Below are positions 8,826 to 18,278 of a DNA stretch of 64,000 nt, piece after piece. Made by a program: the position numbers and the translations under genes. The notes under the pieces are model-generated. The model ran no database searches. It saw nothing but the letters and a program-made list of their open reading frames with translations, and was not told the DNA's origin. Within the stretch, counting starts at the first letter, position 1, and the number at the start of each line of letters is the position of its first letter. The DNA comes from an uncultured Chloroflexia bacterium (lineage in GTDB: Bacteria > Chloroflexota > Anaerolineae > CG2-30-64-16): the NCBI GenBank assembly GCA_963774265.1, contig CAVZDU010000010.1, forward strand, positions 192,001 to 256,000, written 5' to 3'.

Positions 8826-10487
8826 TTAGCGTCCGAAGTTGTGGCATTCGGAGCACGCGATCTTTTTGTCTTTCACGTGCTTATCATGCACGCCATAGAA
8901 ATAGTTGGACCAATCTTCATTTTTCGGCCCGTGACAACTCTCGCAGAGCGTCTTGTCGTTTCGCGTGCTCTTGGGTGTGTAGCCGAGGGCCGGCCAGTCC
9001 AGGCGGGTCGACGTATTAGCATGGCATGTGTCGCACTTGAGCGCCTGATCGTGTGGCGCCACTTCGTGGTTGATGGATAGCCAGCGGTCTGTCGGGACGA
9101 ACTCGTAGTCCTGCGGCAAATTCCAGCCGACGGCTTTCGCGCCTTCGCGGATAGCCCTGTCCACGTCGCCGTCCTGGAACAGGATGCCCATCTTCATCGG
9201 CAAGATTCTCTTGCTGACCGGGTCATATGCCTGCATCGCCGTGTGATACTTGAATCCGAACAATTTCGAGTTGGCATCATTCACATCACCGAGCGGACCG
9301 GACATCAGCACCCGGCCGTTAGTCTGATAGGTAACCGGATCGCCGAATTCGTAGAAGGTCGAATTGCCGTTGAACCAGCGATACTGCGGAATGACGTTCG
9401 CCTCCCGGGTGATCTTCGGTTCGTAGAGCCGGCGACTGGGGAGCTCCTCAACGGCGCGGAAATCGCGGAACATATCTGTCGACGTTTCCCTCGCAAAGGT
9501 AGGGATGTGGCAAACACTGCATTCTACCTTTGCCGTGTGTTTGTTGAGATCGCCGCTGTCGTGAGGTGTTAGCGAGTGGCAGTTGACGCATTTCACCGGG
9601 ACATCCAGATCCGTCCCGCGCATGTCCGAGCCGCGGCCCGCGATCTTATGATCCTGGGTCGTGTGACAACTTTGGCACACCAGCCCTTCGCCGCCGTTGG
9701 CCTTCGACGCCATATGAACATCCAGATTTCGGGATGGATCCAGATGTGCCGGTTCCAGATCGCCACGCTTGTTGTTGGGCCCTCCGCCCGAACCCAGATG
9801 GCATGTCAGGCAGGTGGTCTTGGTGGGCTTCTTGATATCCGTGATCGCCTGCAGCAAGGGTACGCTCATGCGCTCTGGCGCAGGAGCGAATTTGAAGACG
9901 CCATTGTCATTGATAACCTTGCGTTTGTACGTGTCAGAGTGACACATCAGGCAGTCGATATTCTCCAATTGTGCCGTGGTCTGTGCGGGCTCAGGCCGTG
10001 CACCCATGCCCGCGTGACATGTTGCACAACCGCCGTCTGTCGGCTGGCCATCCAGGTTGGTCAGGATGCTCAACCAGTTGATATCGGGGTAACCGCAAAA
10101 GTCGTTGATCGCTCCTAGCTTGCCGCCAGTCCCGAGTCCGGGCACGTGTAACACAGGCGCCTGCCACTGGTAGTGCAGGGAGCTATGCACCTCTTTGGAT
10201 TCCTGCTCATGGCACGTATTGCACGTCTTGCTGCCTTCATACGTTGTCAGGCGGCCGGCGTGCGACGTGTTCAGCGGCGGGTTCGTCGGTGACGTTGTGC
10301 CGCAAGTCACGAACGGAAGATGGAGCCTGCTCTGCGCAGCTATGCCATCGGGGCCAGCCGCTTGGGTGGACGGGGTCGAGGCCTGTAGCAGAATCCCGGC
10401 AAAAGCCAGAGTGAGCGTGACAATGCCGATGATGAGCGCGACAAGCGCGCGCCGGTTCCCATGTGCGCGGCGCGGATGTTCCTCCAT
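8826..10487 (-). CDS. Multiheme cytochrome c, octaheme tetrathionate reductase-like, with 10 CxxCH
   Basis: N-terminal TM/signal; GK...INDFC; ten CxxCH motifs (CNTCH, CATCH, CLMCH, CLTCH, CQSCH, CVNCH, CSVCH, CDTCH, CESCH, CSECH). Confidence 0.85.
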   Translation of the reverse strand: MEEHPRRAHGNRRALVALIIGIVTLTLAFAGILLQASTPSTQAAGPDGIAAQSRLHLPFVTCGTTSPTNPPLNTSHAGRLTTYEGSKTCNTCHEQESKEVHSSLHYQWQAPVLHVPGLGTGGKLGAINDFCGYPDINWLSILTNLDGQPTDGGCATCHAGMGARPEPAQTTAQLENIDCLMCHSDTYKRKVINDNGVFKFAPAPERMSVPLLQAITDIKKPTKTTCLTCHLGSGGGPNNKRGDLEPAHLDPSRNLDVHMASKANGGEGLVCQSCHTTQDHKIAGRGSDMRGTDLDVPVKCVNCHSLTPHDSGDLNKHTAKVECSVCHIPTFARETSTDMFRDFRAVEELPSRRLYEPKITREANVIPQYRWFNGNSTFYEFGDPVTYQTNGRVLMSGPLGDVNDANSKLFGFKYHTAMQAYDPVSKRILPMKMGILFQDGDVDRAIREGAKAVGWNLPQDYEFVPTDRWLSINHEVAPHDQALKCDTCHANTSTRLDWPALGYTPKSTRNDKTLCESCHGPKNEDWSNYFYGVHDKHVKDKKIACSECHNFGR

Positions 10488-10594
10488 GCTGGTTCCTCCT
10501 ATGGCATGCTGGTGCGCACGTCGAGGGACAATAGTTCATGTGGGCGCACAAGCGGGTGAGTAACGTGTATCTAAACGCACGAAGCTGCCGCAGG

Positions 10595-12844
10595 TTACGC
10601 CTTGGTGAGAAACGCCGGAAGTTTGAGGATCGCCATCCGGTGCTCGGGCAGGGCCGCGGACACCTGGCCGTCATGCGAAAGCACCACGTAGATCCTTATC
10701 TCGCTGTTGAGTGAGTATCCCAGTGTAGCCAGAGGGACGCTTGCTTCGAAGGATTTCTCGCCGACGGTGGCCAGGAGGGGACCTTCGGCTCGCCAACCTG
10801 CCTGGCCGTCGGCGCCGAAAAGGAACGGCGTCGGATGGCCGGCGTCGCGCCGGATCAGCCAATGCGCAGCGAGTTCGCGCGGCGCATCATCGGGGTCCCA
10901 AAAATGCGCGTCAACGCGCTGGTTTGCCGGACGGCCCGATGCATCGCCCAGGTAAATCAGCGTATCGAAGTCATCAATACTCTGGCGTAAATCCAGGCGC
11001 AAGAATAGCCGCGTCGGATCGTGTCCCACGAACAACCGCTCGATGACCCCAACCGCACGTTGCATTGTGCCGGTGGACGCGCTCGCGGGGAGCAAACTCG
11101 CTGCCGGCGCCCAGGCCTCGCCTGGATAGGGTGAAGCGCTTAGTTTTGGGGTGACATAACCTGTTGCTGGACGGTGGTCGGCAGCCAGGGCGGCCTGCTG
11201 GATGGGCTCGGACAGCCATGCGGGGGGTTCATCGCCGAGGGCCTCGTAGACCCGTGCCAGTGCGTGGCGGTAGAGCCGATCAAATAGGGCGTCCTGATCT
11301 GAGCTGTTCCGGTGAGAATACCACCAGAACCAGTCACTACCTTCCGCGGCGTGCAGTGCGTGCCGTGCCGCTGCAAGTTGATCCGGCCGTGGGGCATCGG
11401 AGTGGTTGTCAGGCCGCGTGGTGTTCGGATTCGATCGTGAGGTCAGGTGTTCTTTCGCTCGGCGCAGGGCATCCCAGGCCTTATTGTGCTCCGGGTCGCC
11501 GATCCAAGTGGTCAGATCGCCGCCGATCCAGGAGCCGGTGGCCAGGCGCGCAAGCGTTGCAGCGGGGCGCCGGCCTTCGATGAATTCTCCCACGGTGACC
11601 GCTTGAAGCTCAGGCCGGCGCTCCAATTCACCGTAGAATGTGTTCAGGAAGGCGTCACCGTTGTGCTCGAAATGCTCCCAACAGTTCTCTCCGTCCAGTA
11701 TGATGCTGACGAGATACGGCGAGACGGGATCATTGATCCGGCGGCGGATTTCCAGGAGGCGATAGATCATGTCTTCGGCAGCCTGTTCGCCGGGCAGGTG
11801 TTGATACAGGAATCCGATGCGGTCGGCAAGCTCCTGGTCGCGGAAAACGATGTGTGGACCGAGTTCGCTGCCTGCCATCACGCGATAGGCCTGATACAGC
11901 GCACGTGGATTGGTGAGCAGGGCGTTGCTGTCGCGATCCAGGCTGTAACCCAGGCTGCGCGCCAGGATCGTCTCCCCGCTCGCCAGCCAGGTGAACCCGG
12001 CCGCGCGGACGAACGGCAGTATCTCGGGCGATACCGCACCTTCGGAGGGCCAGAGGCCGCGCGGCGGCGCTCCGAAGTGCGTGGTGTGCGACTCGACCGC
12101 CAGAGCGAGCTGCGCCACGACGTCCTCGGTCGCTCGATAAGCGGGTTCCGGCAGGGGCAGGCCGGGGCTGGCGCGTCGCGCGCAGTCTGAGTCCGCCAGC
12201 AGGGGGAGAATCGGATGAAAATAGGGGCTGGCACACACTTCAAGCTGCCCGTCGTGAACCAGCTTCCGATAAAGCGGCAGGACGCGTCCGGCAATCTCGC
12301 GCTGCTTCGCGTGCACCGCGCGCACATCGGCGACGGTGTAGTTGCGTCCCTTGGCCATCAGAGTCGAGAGCGCCGGGTCGCGTTCCAGCCAATTCGGATC
12401 GGTCCACGCCAGATTGAACCAGGTCACGAGGTCGCGGTAATCACCATCGGTGAACGCAGATGGCTCGGCAAGCGCGGCGGGCCGGCGATTGAGCAGCTCG
12501 GCGTACCTGGGATAACGGCGAATGACCTTATCCCAATTGATGCTGAAGCAGAGCGAGAGCATGAAGCGGCGATGATCGTCGTTCCAGGTGTCCAACTCAG
12601 CGACGCGGGCGAGGCTGTCCGTCTGGCGGCCTTCGGCCCAATCGAGCATCTGCTCGACCAGTGACGGAACCATGTTGATAGTGAGATGCACCTGCGGATG
12701 CCTGGCAAGGACTTCTGCCATATGCAGATAGTCCTTCGCTGCGTGCAGGCGCACCCAGGGCAGAGGCACGTCGCCAGTCCGCAGGTCCCGGTAATAAGGC
12801 TGGTGCATGTGCCAGACAATGGCGACGTAGAGCGGCTGCATCAA
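10595..12844 (-). CDS. GH57 glycoside hydrolase (amylopullulanase-like)
   Basis: WHMHQPYY, GLWPSEG, IILDGENCWE, AEGSDWFWW. Confidence 0.93.
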   Translation of the reverse strand: MMQPLYVAIVWHMHQPYYRDLRTGDVPLPWVRLHAAKDYLHMAEVLARHPQVHLTINMVPSLVEQMLDWAEGRQTDSLARVAELDTWNDDHRRFMLSLCFSINWDKVIRRYPRYAELLNRRPAALAEPSAFTDGDYRDLVTWFNLAWTDPNWLERDPALSTLMAKGRNYTVADVRAVHAKQREIAGRVLPLYRKLVHDGQLEVCASPYFHPILPLLADSDCARRASPGLPLPEPAYRATEDVVAQLALAVESHTTHFGAPPRGLWPSEGAVSPEILPFVRAAGFTWLASGETILARSLGYSLDRDSNALLTNPRALYQAYRVMAGSELGPHIVFRDQELADRIGFLYQHLPGEQAAEDMIYRLLEIRRRINDPVSPYLVSIILDGENCWEHFEHNGDAFLNTFYGELERRPELQAVTVGEFIEGRRPAATLARLATGSWIGGDLTTWIGDPEHNKAWDALRRAKEHLTSRSNPNTTRPDNHSDAPRPDQLAAARHALHAAEGSDWFWWYSHRNSSDQDALFDRLYRHALARVYEALGDEPPAWLSEPIQQAALAADHRPATGYVTPKLSASPYPGEAWAPAASLLPASASTGTMQRAVGVIERLFVGHDPTRLFLRLDLRQSIDDFDTLIYLGDASGRPANQRVDAHFWDPDDAPRELAAHWLIRRDAGHPTPFLFGADGQAGWRAEGPLLATVGEKSFEASVPLATLGYSLNSEIRIYVVLSHDGQVSAALPEHRMAILKLPAFLTKA

Positions 12845-12863
12845 AAGGCGGTAAGAATCTGCC

Positions 12864-14357
12864 TCAGTCCAAGGAACGCAGGTGAGGGAAGAGAATCACT
12901 TCTCGGATGGACTGGCGATCGGTGAAAAGCATCGCCAGGCGGTCAATCCCGGTTCCGAAACCTCCCGTGGGCGGCATCCCATAGCTCAGCGCGTTCAAGA
13001 AGTCCTCGTCAAGCGGATGAACGTTTTCATCCTCACCGGTCATGGCCGAACGCAGCTCAACAAAACGCGCGCGCTGATCGACCGGGTCGTTGAGTTCTGT
13101 GAACGCATTGCCCAGTTCCATGCCCGCGATGAAATACTCGAAGCGTTCGACCGTGGTCGGGTCGTCCGCCTTCTTCTTGGCCAGTGGGCTGATGTCGACC
13201 GGATAGTCTATGATGAACGTCGGCTGGATCAGCTTCGGCTCCACGTAGTCGCCGAAAAGCCCATCGATGAGTTTGCCGCGGCTGGCCTTCGCTTCGCATT
13301 GCAGCCCGCGCTCACGAATGGCTTGGGTCAATGATGGTGCGTCATTGTAGAGCGTGTAATCTACGCCTGTGACTTCGAGGATGGCGTCCCGCATCGTGAC
13401 CCGCCGCCAGGGCGGTGTGAGATCGATGACGTTGCCGTTATAGTTGATCGACAGCCCATCCGTCATCTCCCGGCTGATGGCACACACCATCTCTTCTGTG
13501 CGCTGCATCATCCCGTGGTAATCGGTGTAGGCCTCGTAGAATTCGAGTTGAGTGAATTCGGGATTGTGCTTGAAACTGATGCCCTCGTTGCGAAAGTCTC
13601 GGCCTATTTCGTACACGCGCTCATAACCGCCCACAATCAAACGCTTGAGGTACAGCTCAAAGCTAATGCGTAGGAACAGTTCCTGTTCGAGCTGGTTGTG
13701 GAACGTGGTGAAAGGCCGCGCCGCCGCGCCGCCGTAGATCGGCTGGAGCACGGGAGTCTCGACCTCGAGGAATCCATTTGCGTCCAGATAGCGTCGAGCT
13801 GCAGCCACGAGCCTGGCGCGGGCGGTGAAGACGTCCCGCACTTCGCGGTTAGCCAATAAGTCGACATAACGCTGGCGATACCGTGTCTCGACATCCTTCA
13901 ACCCGTGCCATTTGTCCGGCATGGGGTTCAAGGTCTTGGAGATGAGCGCCAGTTTTTCCACCTCGCAGGAAATCTCGCCGGTCCGGGTGGCGAACATAGG
14001 GCCGGTGACTTCAATGAAGTCGCCCAGGTCGATTAGCCTCTTGAATAACTCGTGGTAAACCTGTTCGCCGAGAACGTCGCGTTTTAGGTACACCTGGATC
14101 CGCCCACTGCCGTCTTCGATGTGAGCAAATGCAGCCTTGCCCATGACTCGCACCGAGATCATCCGGCCCACGAGCGTGACCTGCTCGCCAGCAGCAAGCT
14201 CACCGGCTTGGAATGCATGGGCCGCTTCCGCGGTTGTGTGGGTCCGCGGCCAGGGAAGCCGTTGCGGGTAGGGCTCGACCCCAATGGCGCGCAGGTCGAC
14301 GAGCTTTTCGCGGCGGACGAGTTGTTGCTCGTTCAGATTGAGATCGGCGTCTTCCAC
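12864..14357 (-). CDS. lysS: Lysyl-tRNA synthetase, class II
   Basis: YRQRYVDL, FLEVETP, FRNEGI..HNPEFT, YGMPPTGGFGTGIDRL. Confidence 0.97.
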   Translation of the reverse strand: MEDADLNLNEQQLVRREKLVDLRAIGVEPYPQRLPWPRTHTTAEAAHAFQAGELAAGEQVTLVGRMISVRVMGKAAFAHIEDGSGRIQVYLKRDVLGEQVYHELFKRLIDLGDFIEVTGPMFATRTGEISCEVEKLALISKTLNPMPDKWHGLKDVETRYRQRYVDLLANREVRDVFTARARLVAAARRYLDANGFLEVETPVLQPIYGGAAARPFTTFHNQLEQELFLRISFELYLKRLIVGGYERVYEIGRDFRNEGISFKHNPEFTQLEFYEAYTDYHGMMQRTEEMVCAISREMTDGLSINYNGNVIDLTPPWRRVTMRDAILEVTGVDYTLYNDAPSLTQAIRERGLQCEAKASRGKLIDGLFGDYVEPKLIQPTFIIDYPVDISPLAKKKADDPTTVERFEYFIAGMELGNAFTELNDPVDQRARFVELRSAMTGEDENVHPLDEDFLNALSYGMPPTGGFGTGIDRLAMLFTDRQSIREVILFPHLRSLD

Positions 14358-14367
14358 GATGTTGTCC

Positions 14368-14841
14368 CTACTCGATCTTTACGATTTCGAACTCAGCACT
14401 GCCGCCGGGCGTCTGTACAACGACTAGCTCACGAACGCGATGCCCCATCAGAGCGTGACCGATCGGCGATTTGAAGGAGATGCGGCCGTTGACGGGGTCC
14501 ACTTCGGTGGATCCGACAATGGCATAGGTTTCCTCGTCGCCATACTCGACGTCGCGGATCGTCACCTTGCAGCCAATATCGACGGAGTCTTTGCGGCCGT
14601 TCTCATTGATGACCACAGCGCTGCTCAAAATGCTGCGCAGGGTGAGGATGCGGCCTTCCACAAAGGCCTGGGTATTCTTGGCCTCGTCGTACCCGGCGTT
14701 CTCCGAGATATCACCATCCGCCTTTGCGTCACCGATCTGGCGAGCGACCTCGGGGCGTCGTACGTTGATTAGGTACTCTAGCTCCTCCCGGAGTCTCTGA
14801 ATCCCCTCAGCCGTCAGGTAGTTGCTGTTCGGTTCGTCCAT
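14368..14841 (-). CDS. greA: Transcription elongation factor GreA
   Basis: YLTAEG...GDISENAGYDEAK...ISFKSPIGHALMG. Confidence 0.95.
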   Translation of the reverse strand: MDEPNSNYLTAEGIQRLREELEYLINVRRPEVARQIGDAKADGDISENAGYDEAKNTQAFVEGRILTLRSILSSAVVINENGRKDSVDIGCKVTIRDVEYGDEETYAIVGSTEVDPVNGRISFKSPIGHALMGHRVRELVVVQTPGGSAEFEIVKIE

Positions 14842-14904
14842 CACGCGCTGTGCCTCTGTAATCCCCTTGGGGTGATCGTTCACCCCGCTCACACCATGCC
14901 ATAA

Positions 14905-15048
14905 GGCCATAAAAAAGCGCCGACGGGCAAGCGATGGGCTCGCGGCCGTGGCGACTTAGTGCGGACGGGGTTGAACAATAAAGAACGCCGTCAGTGGTTA
15001 GACGGCTCAAACATGAACATTATACGCCAGGCATATCGCCGCCGTCAA
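14905..15048 (-). promoter_or_regulatory. greA promoter and leader with terminator-like hairpins
   Basis: TTGACG (15048-43), 18-bp spacer, TATAAT (15024-19); GCCGTC..GACGGC+U hairpin and GCC...GGCGC+U6 hairpin before greA. Confidence 0.6.
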
Positions 15049-15122
15049 ATATAGGAACTGTTCTGCAGGCGCCGGCGTCACGAAGGCAGATTTGGTTCTT
15101 TCGGCCATCGAGGAGGAGCGCC

Positions 15123-17330
15123 ATGAGAGATTTGCCTACCAGACCCAACGTATTAGTGCCCCATCATACCTTGGAGCGGCCCTTGGTGACGCTGGGGCTG
15201 CTCTTCATCTTGCTCCTGTTCATGCTGGTCTTCGCCGCATATCCCGTGTCGGCTGACGGGTTCATCATTCCGCAACCGCCAATCGACCGCCCGATCCCCT
15301 GGCGAGATGTGCCGCTAACGATCAAGTACCACCGCGTCAATGTCAGTATCGAGGATCAGGTGGCGACGACGAAGGTGGATCAGGTCTTCGTCAATGACGC
15401 CGACTTCGCCGTCGAAGGAACATACATCTTCCCGCTGCCGGAAGACGCTGCCGTGTCGAGTTTCGATATGTGGGTTGACGGCAAGAAGCTGGAAGGTAAA
15501 CTCCTGGGCCGTGATGAGGCGCGGCGCATCTATGAGGATATCGTGCGCCGGCAGAAAGACCCTGCGCTGCTGGAGTACGCCGGTCGCGGCGCATTCCAGG
15601 CGCGCATTTTCCCCATCCCCCCACGCGGCGAGCGCCGGATCGAGCTGGCTTACACCCAGGTGCTAAATCAGCAGAGCGGTCTCGTGCACTACCGCTACCC
15701 GCTGAACACCGAGAAATTCTCGGCTCGGCCGTTGTCCGAAGTGGCGATTAGCGTCGAATTGAGCGGTCGTACACCGCTGCGTGCGATCTACTCGCCCTCC
15801 CACCAGGTTCAGGTGGAGCGCGCCGGAGAGAAGGCCGCGACGGTCGGCTTCGAGGCCCGCAATGTGCGACCTGACCGAGACTTCGATCTGTATTACAGCA
15901 TCTCCAACGATGCGATTGCCGTAAACCTGCTCAGTTACAAGCCCTTCGATGAGGATGGATATTTCTTGCTGCTTGTGACACCTCCTGTTGAGGCGGAGGG
16001 TGAGGCCGTTGCCAAGGACGTCGTGCTGGTGCTCGACACCTCGGGAAGCATGGCGGGTGAGAAGATGGACCAGGCCAAGGCGGCGGTGCGCTACGTACTG
16101 GACAATCTGGGCGAACGTGACCGTTTCAATATCGTGTCGTTCAGCACTGCCACCCGCTTGTTCGCTGACCAGCCGGTCTCCCTCACCCAACGCGCAAAGG
16201 GACGCGACTTCATCCAGAAGCTCCAGGCTGCGGGCAGCACGGATATCAATCGCGCTCTCCTCGAAGCCGTCTATGGCGCAGATAGCACGCGACCCACAGT
16301 CGTTATCTTTCTGACTGACGGGCTCCCAACTGCAGGTGAAACCGACCCGGATCGGATCATCGCGAACATCGCTGCGGCCGCACCGAAATCGGTCCGCCTG
16401 TTCTCATTCGGGGTTGGCTTCGATGTGGATACGGTGCTGTTGGATGCGCTGAGCAGCGGCCAACGTGGGACAAGCGCCTACGTGCGGCCCGAACAGGATA
16501 TAGAAGAAGAGGTGTCTGGCTTCTACGCAAAAGTCAGCTCGCCGGTGCTGGTCGATCTCCAGGCGACTTTCTCTGGGGTCAAGGTCGATGATCTGTACCC
16601 CTATCCACTGCCTGACCTGTTCGCGGGTTCACAGCTTGTGGTCGCCGGCCGCTATCGTTCCGGTGGGACCGCAGAACTGCGATTGACGGGCCAGGTTGAT
16701 GGGCAGTCGCGCACGAGCCGGTATTCCGGACTGACGTTTGTGGCACGCGGCGGCAACGAGTTTATCCCGAGGCTGTGGGCTCAGCGCAAGATCGGGTACC
16801 TGTTGACCCAAATCCGGCTGAAGGGTGCGAACGATGAGCTGGTTCAGGAAGTGACCGCTCTGGGGACGAAATTCGGCATCGCGACGCCGTACACGTCATT
16901 CCTCGTTGAGGAGCCGGGGCTGGGTGGTGGACCTGTTCCTGCTCAGGGCTTTGGAGCGCCCACCTCACCGTCGGGTGGAGGCGCATCTCCGACGCAGGCG
17001 CCAGCGGTTGCTCAGGATGTTGGCCGATCGGGCGAGGCAGCCGTGTCGAAGGCACAGAGTGAAGCCGCGATGCGCGAAGCCGAGAGTGTGGCGGAGGCGC
17101 CATCGAGCGCAGTGGTCCGCCAGGTAGGTGACAAGACGTTCGCCCTCCAGGGTGAAACATGGGTGGACACCATCTTCGACGCAAAGAAGCTGAAGCCGGA
17201 GCCGATCAAGTTCGGCAGCGATCGCTATTTCAAGCTGATGACCGAACGTCCCGAGATTGCCCGCTACCTCGCGCTCGGCGAAAAGGTGACGGTCGTGATC
17301 CAGGGCAAGGCCTACGCCATCGCACCCTGA
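15123..17330 (+). CDS. Exported VIT + von Willebrand factor A domain protein
   Basis: Signal/TM; VIT motif (EGTYIFPLP...DPALLEY); MIDAS DTSGSM, LTDG; C-terminal KTF..WVD. Confidence 0.9.
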   Translation: MRDLPTRPNVLVPHHTLERPLVTLGLLFILLLFMLVFAAYPVSADGFIIPQPPIDRPIPWRDVPLTIKYHRVNVSIEDQVATTKVDQVFVNDADFAVEGTYIFPLPEDAAVSSFDMWVDGKKLEGKLLGRDEARRIYEDIVRRQKDPALLEYAGRGAFQARIFPIPPRGERRIELAYTQVLNQQSGLVHYRYPLNTEKFSARPLSEVAISVELSGRTPLRAIYSPSHQVQVERAGEKAATVGFEARNVRPDRDFDLYYSISNDAIAVNLLSYKPFDEDGYFLLLVTPPVEAEGEAVAKDVVLVLDTSGSMAGEKMDQAKAAVRYVLDNLGERDRFNIVSFSTATRLFADQPVSLTQRAKGRDFIQKLQAAGSTDINRALLEAVYGADSTRPTVVIFLTDGLPTAGETDPDRIIANIAAAAPKSVRLFSFGVGFDVDTVLLDALSSGQRGTSAYVRPEQDIEEEVSGFYAKVSSPVLVDLQATFSGVKVDDLYPYPLPDLFAGSQLVVAGRYRSGGTAELRLTGQVDGQSRTSRYSGLTFVARGGNEFIPRLWAQRKIGYLLTQIRLKGANDELVQEVTALGTKFGIATPYTSFLVEEPGLGGGPVPAQGFGAPTSPSGGGASPTQAPAVAQDVGRSGEAAVSKAQSEAAMREAESVAEAPSSAVVRQVGDKTFALQGETWVDTIFDAKKLKPEPIKFGSDRYFKLMTERPEIARYLALGEKVTVVIQGKAYAIAP

Positions 17331-17343
17331 AGCCGCTAAACAT

Positions 17344-17421
17344 AGATTGGAGATTGAAGATTCAGTTGAGCTGCTCCCAACAAATCTTCAATCTTCAATC
17401 TTCAATCTTCAATCTTCAATC
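17344..17421. repeat. (AATCTTC)5 heptamer tandem with a complementary upstream arm
   Basis: AATCTTC x5 at 17383-17417; AGATTGGAGATTGAAGATT at 17344-17362 can pair with it. Confidence 0.85.
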
Positions 17422-17518
17422 GTCTCAACCCCTCATAATTGCCAGTGATTTCCCCGCATGTTATAATCGATTTGTCTATGACCTGTATCATATTGCACCC
17501 GTCCCCGCGGAGATTTAG

Positions 17519-18278
17519 ATGGATCGGCGCGAGATTCTAGGCGCGCTGCCGGTGTTTGCCGGTTTATCTGATCGAGACTGGGACAAAGTCGCTCGATCTC
17601 TTCAGCGAGCGCCAGTATCAGAGAGATGACTACATCTTTCTGGAAGGCGAAGCGCCCGAGGCCCTCTACGTCGTCAAGACCGGCAAGGTCAAGGTGCTGC
17701 GCCACTCCACCGACGGCAAGGACGTCGTGCTGCGCGTGGCGAGCCCGGGCCAGATTGCTCGGCACGTGTCGGCGATGTTTGACGGCGGCGGCTATCCTGG
17801 CACGGCACAGGCGATCGAGGATTGCACGCTGCTGGTGATTGCCCGCAACGACTGCCTGACCCTGGTCACCCGTTACCCCGTCTTCGCGCTGACGGTGATC
17901 AACGACCTGGGTAACCGGCTGCGCAGCTCGGCCGAGCAGATCCGCAGCCTGGCGGTCGAGCGGGTCGAGCAGCGCATTGCGCGCGCCCTGCTCAAGCTGG
18001 GCCAGACTGCGGGTGCGGATACGCCCGATGGCCGGGTGATTGAGATGCCCCTGACCCGCCAGGATGTGGCAGACATGACCGGCACCACGGTCGAGACGGC
18101 GATCCGCGTGATGAGCAAGTTCCGCCGCGAAGAGCTGATCCGCACGCGTCGCGGCAAGGTCGTGCTGGTCGAACTCGACGCGCTGCAGGAAATCGCTGAG
18201 GCCGGGCTGAGATGCTCCGCCCGCTGTTTTGACACCCATCGCGCGCAGCAGTGTAGAATAACGATCACTTGCCGGTGA
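17519..18278 (+). CDS. Crp/Fnr family transcriptional regulator (frameshift near the 5' end; true stop uncertain)
   Basis: MDRREILGALPVFAGLS; cNMP domain (IFLEGE..LYVVKTGKVK); HTH LTRQDVADMTGTTVETAIR. Confidence 0.9.
18229..18259 (+). promoter_or_regulatory. Sigma70-type promoter of rnpB
   Basis: TTGACA (18229-34) ... TAGAAT (18254-59), just upstream of P1. Confidence 0.6.

Noticed and set aside
15123-17330. VIT-vWA protein as part of a MoxR or ternary conflict system
   Set aside because: No MoxR ATPase or partner genes nearby; it looks like a stand-alone exported protein.
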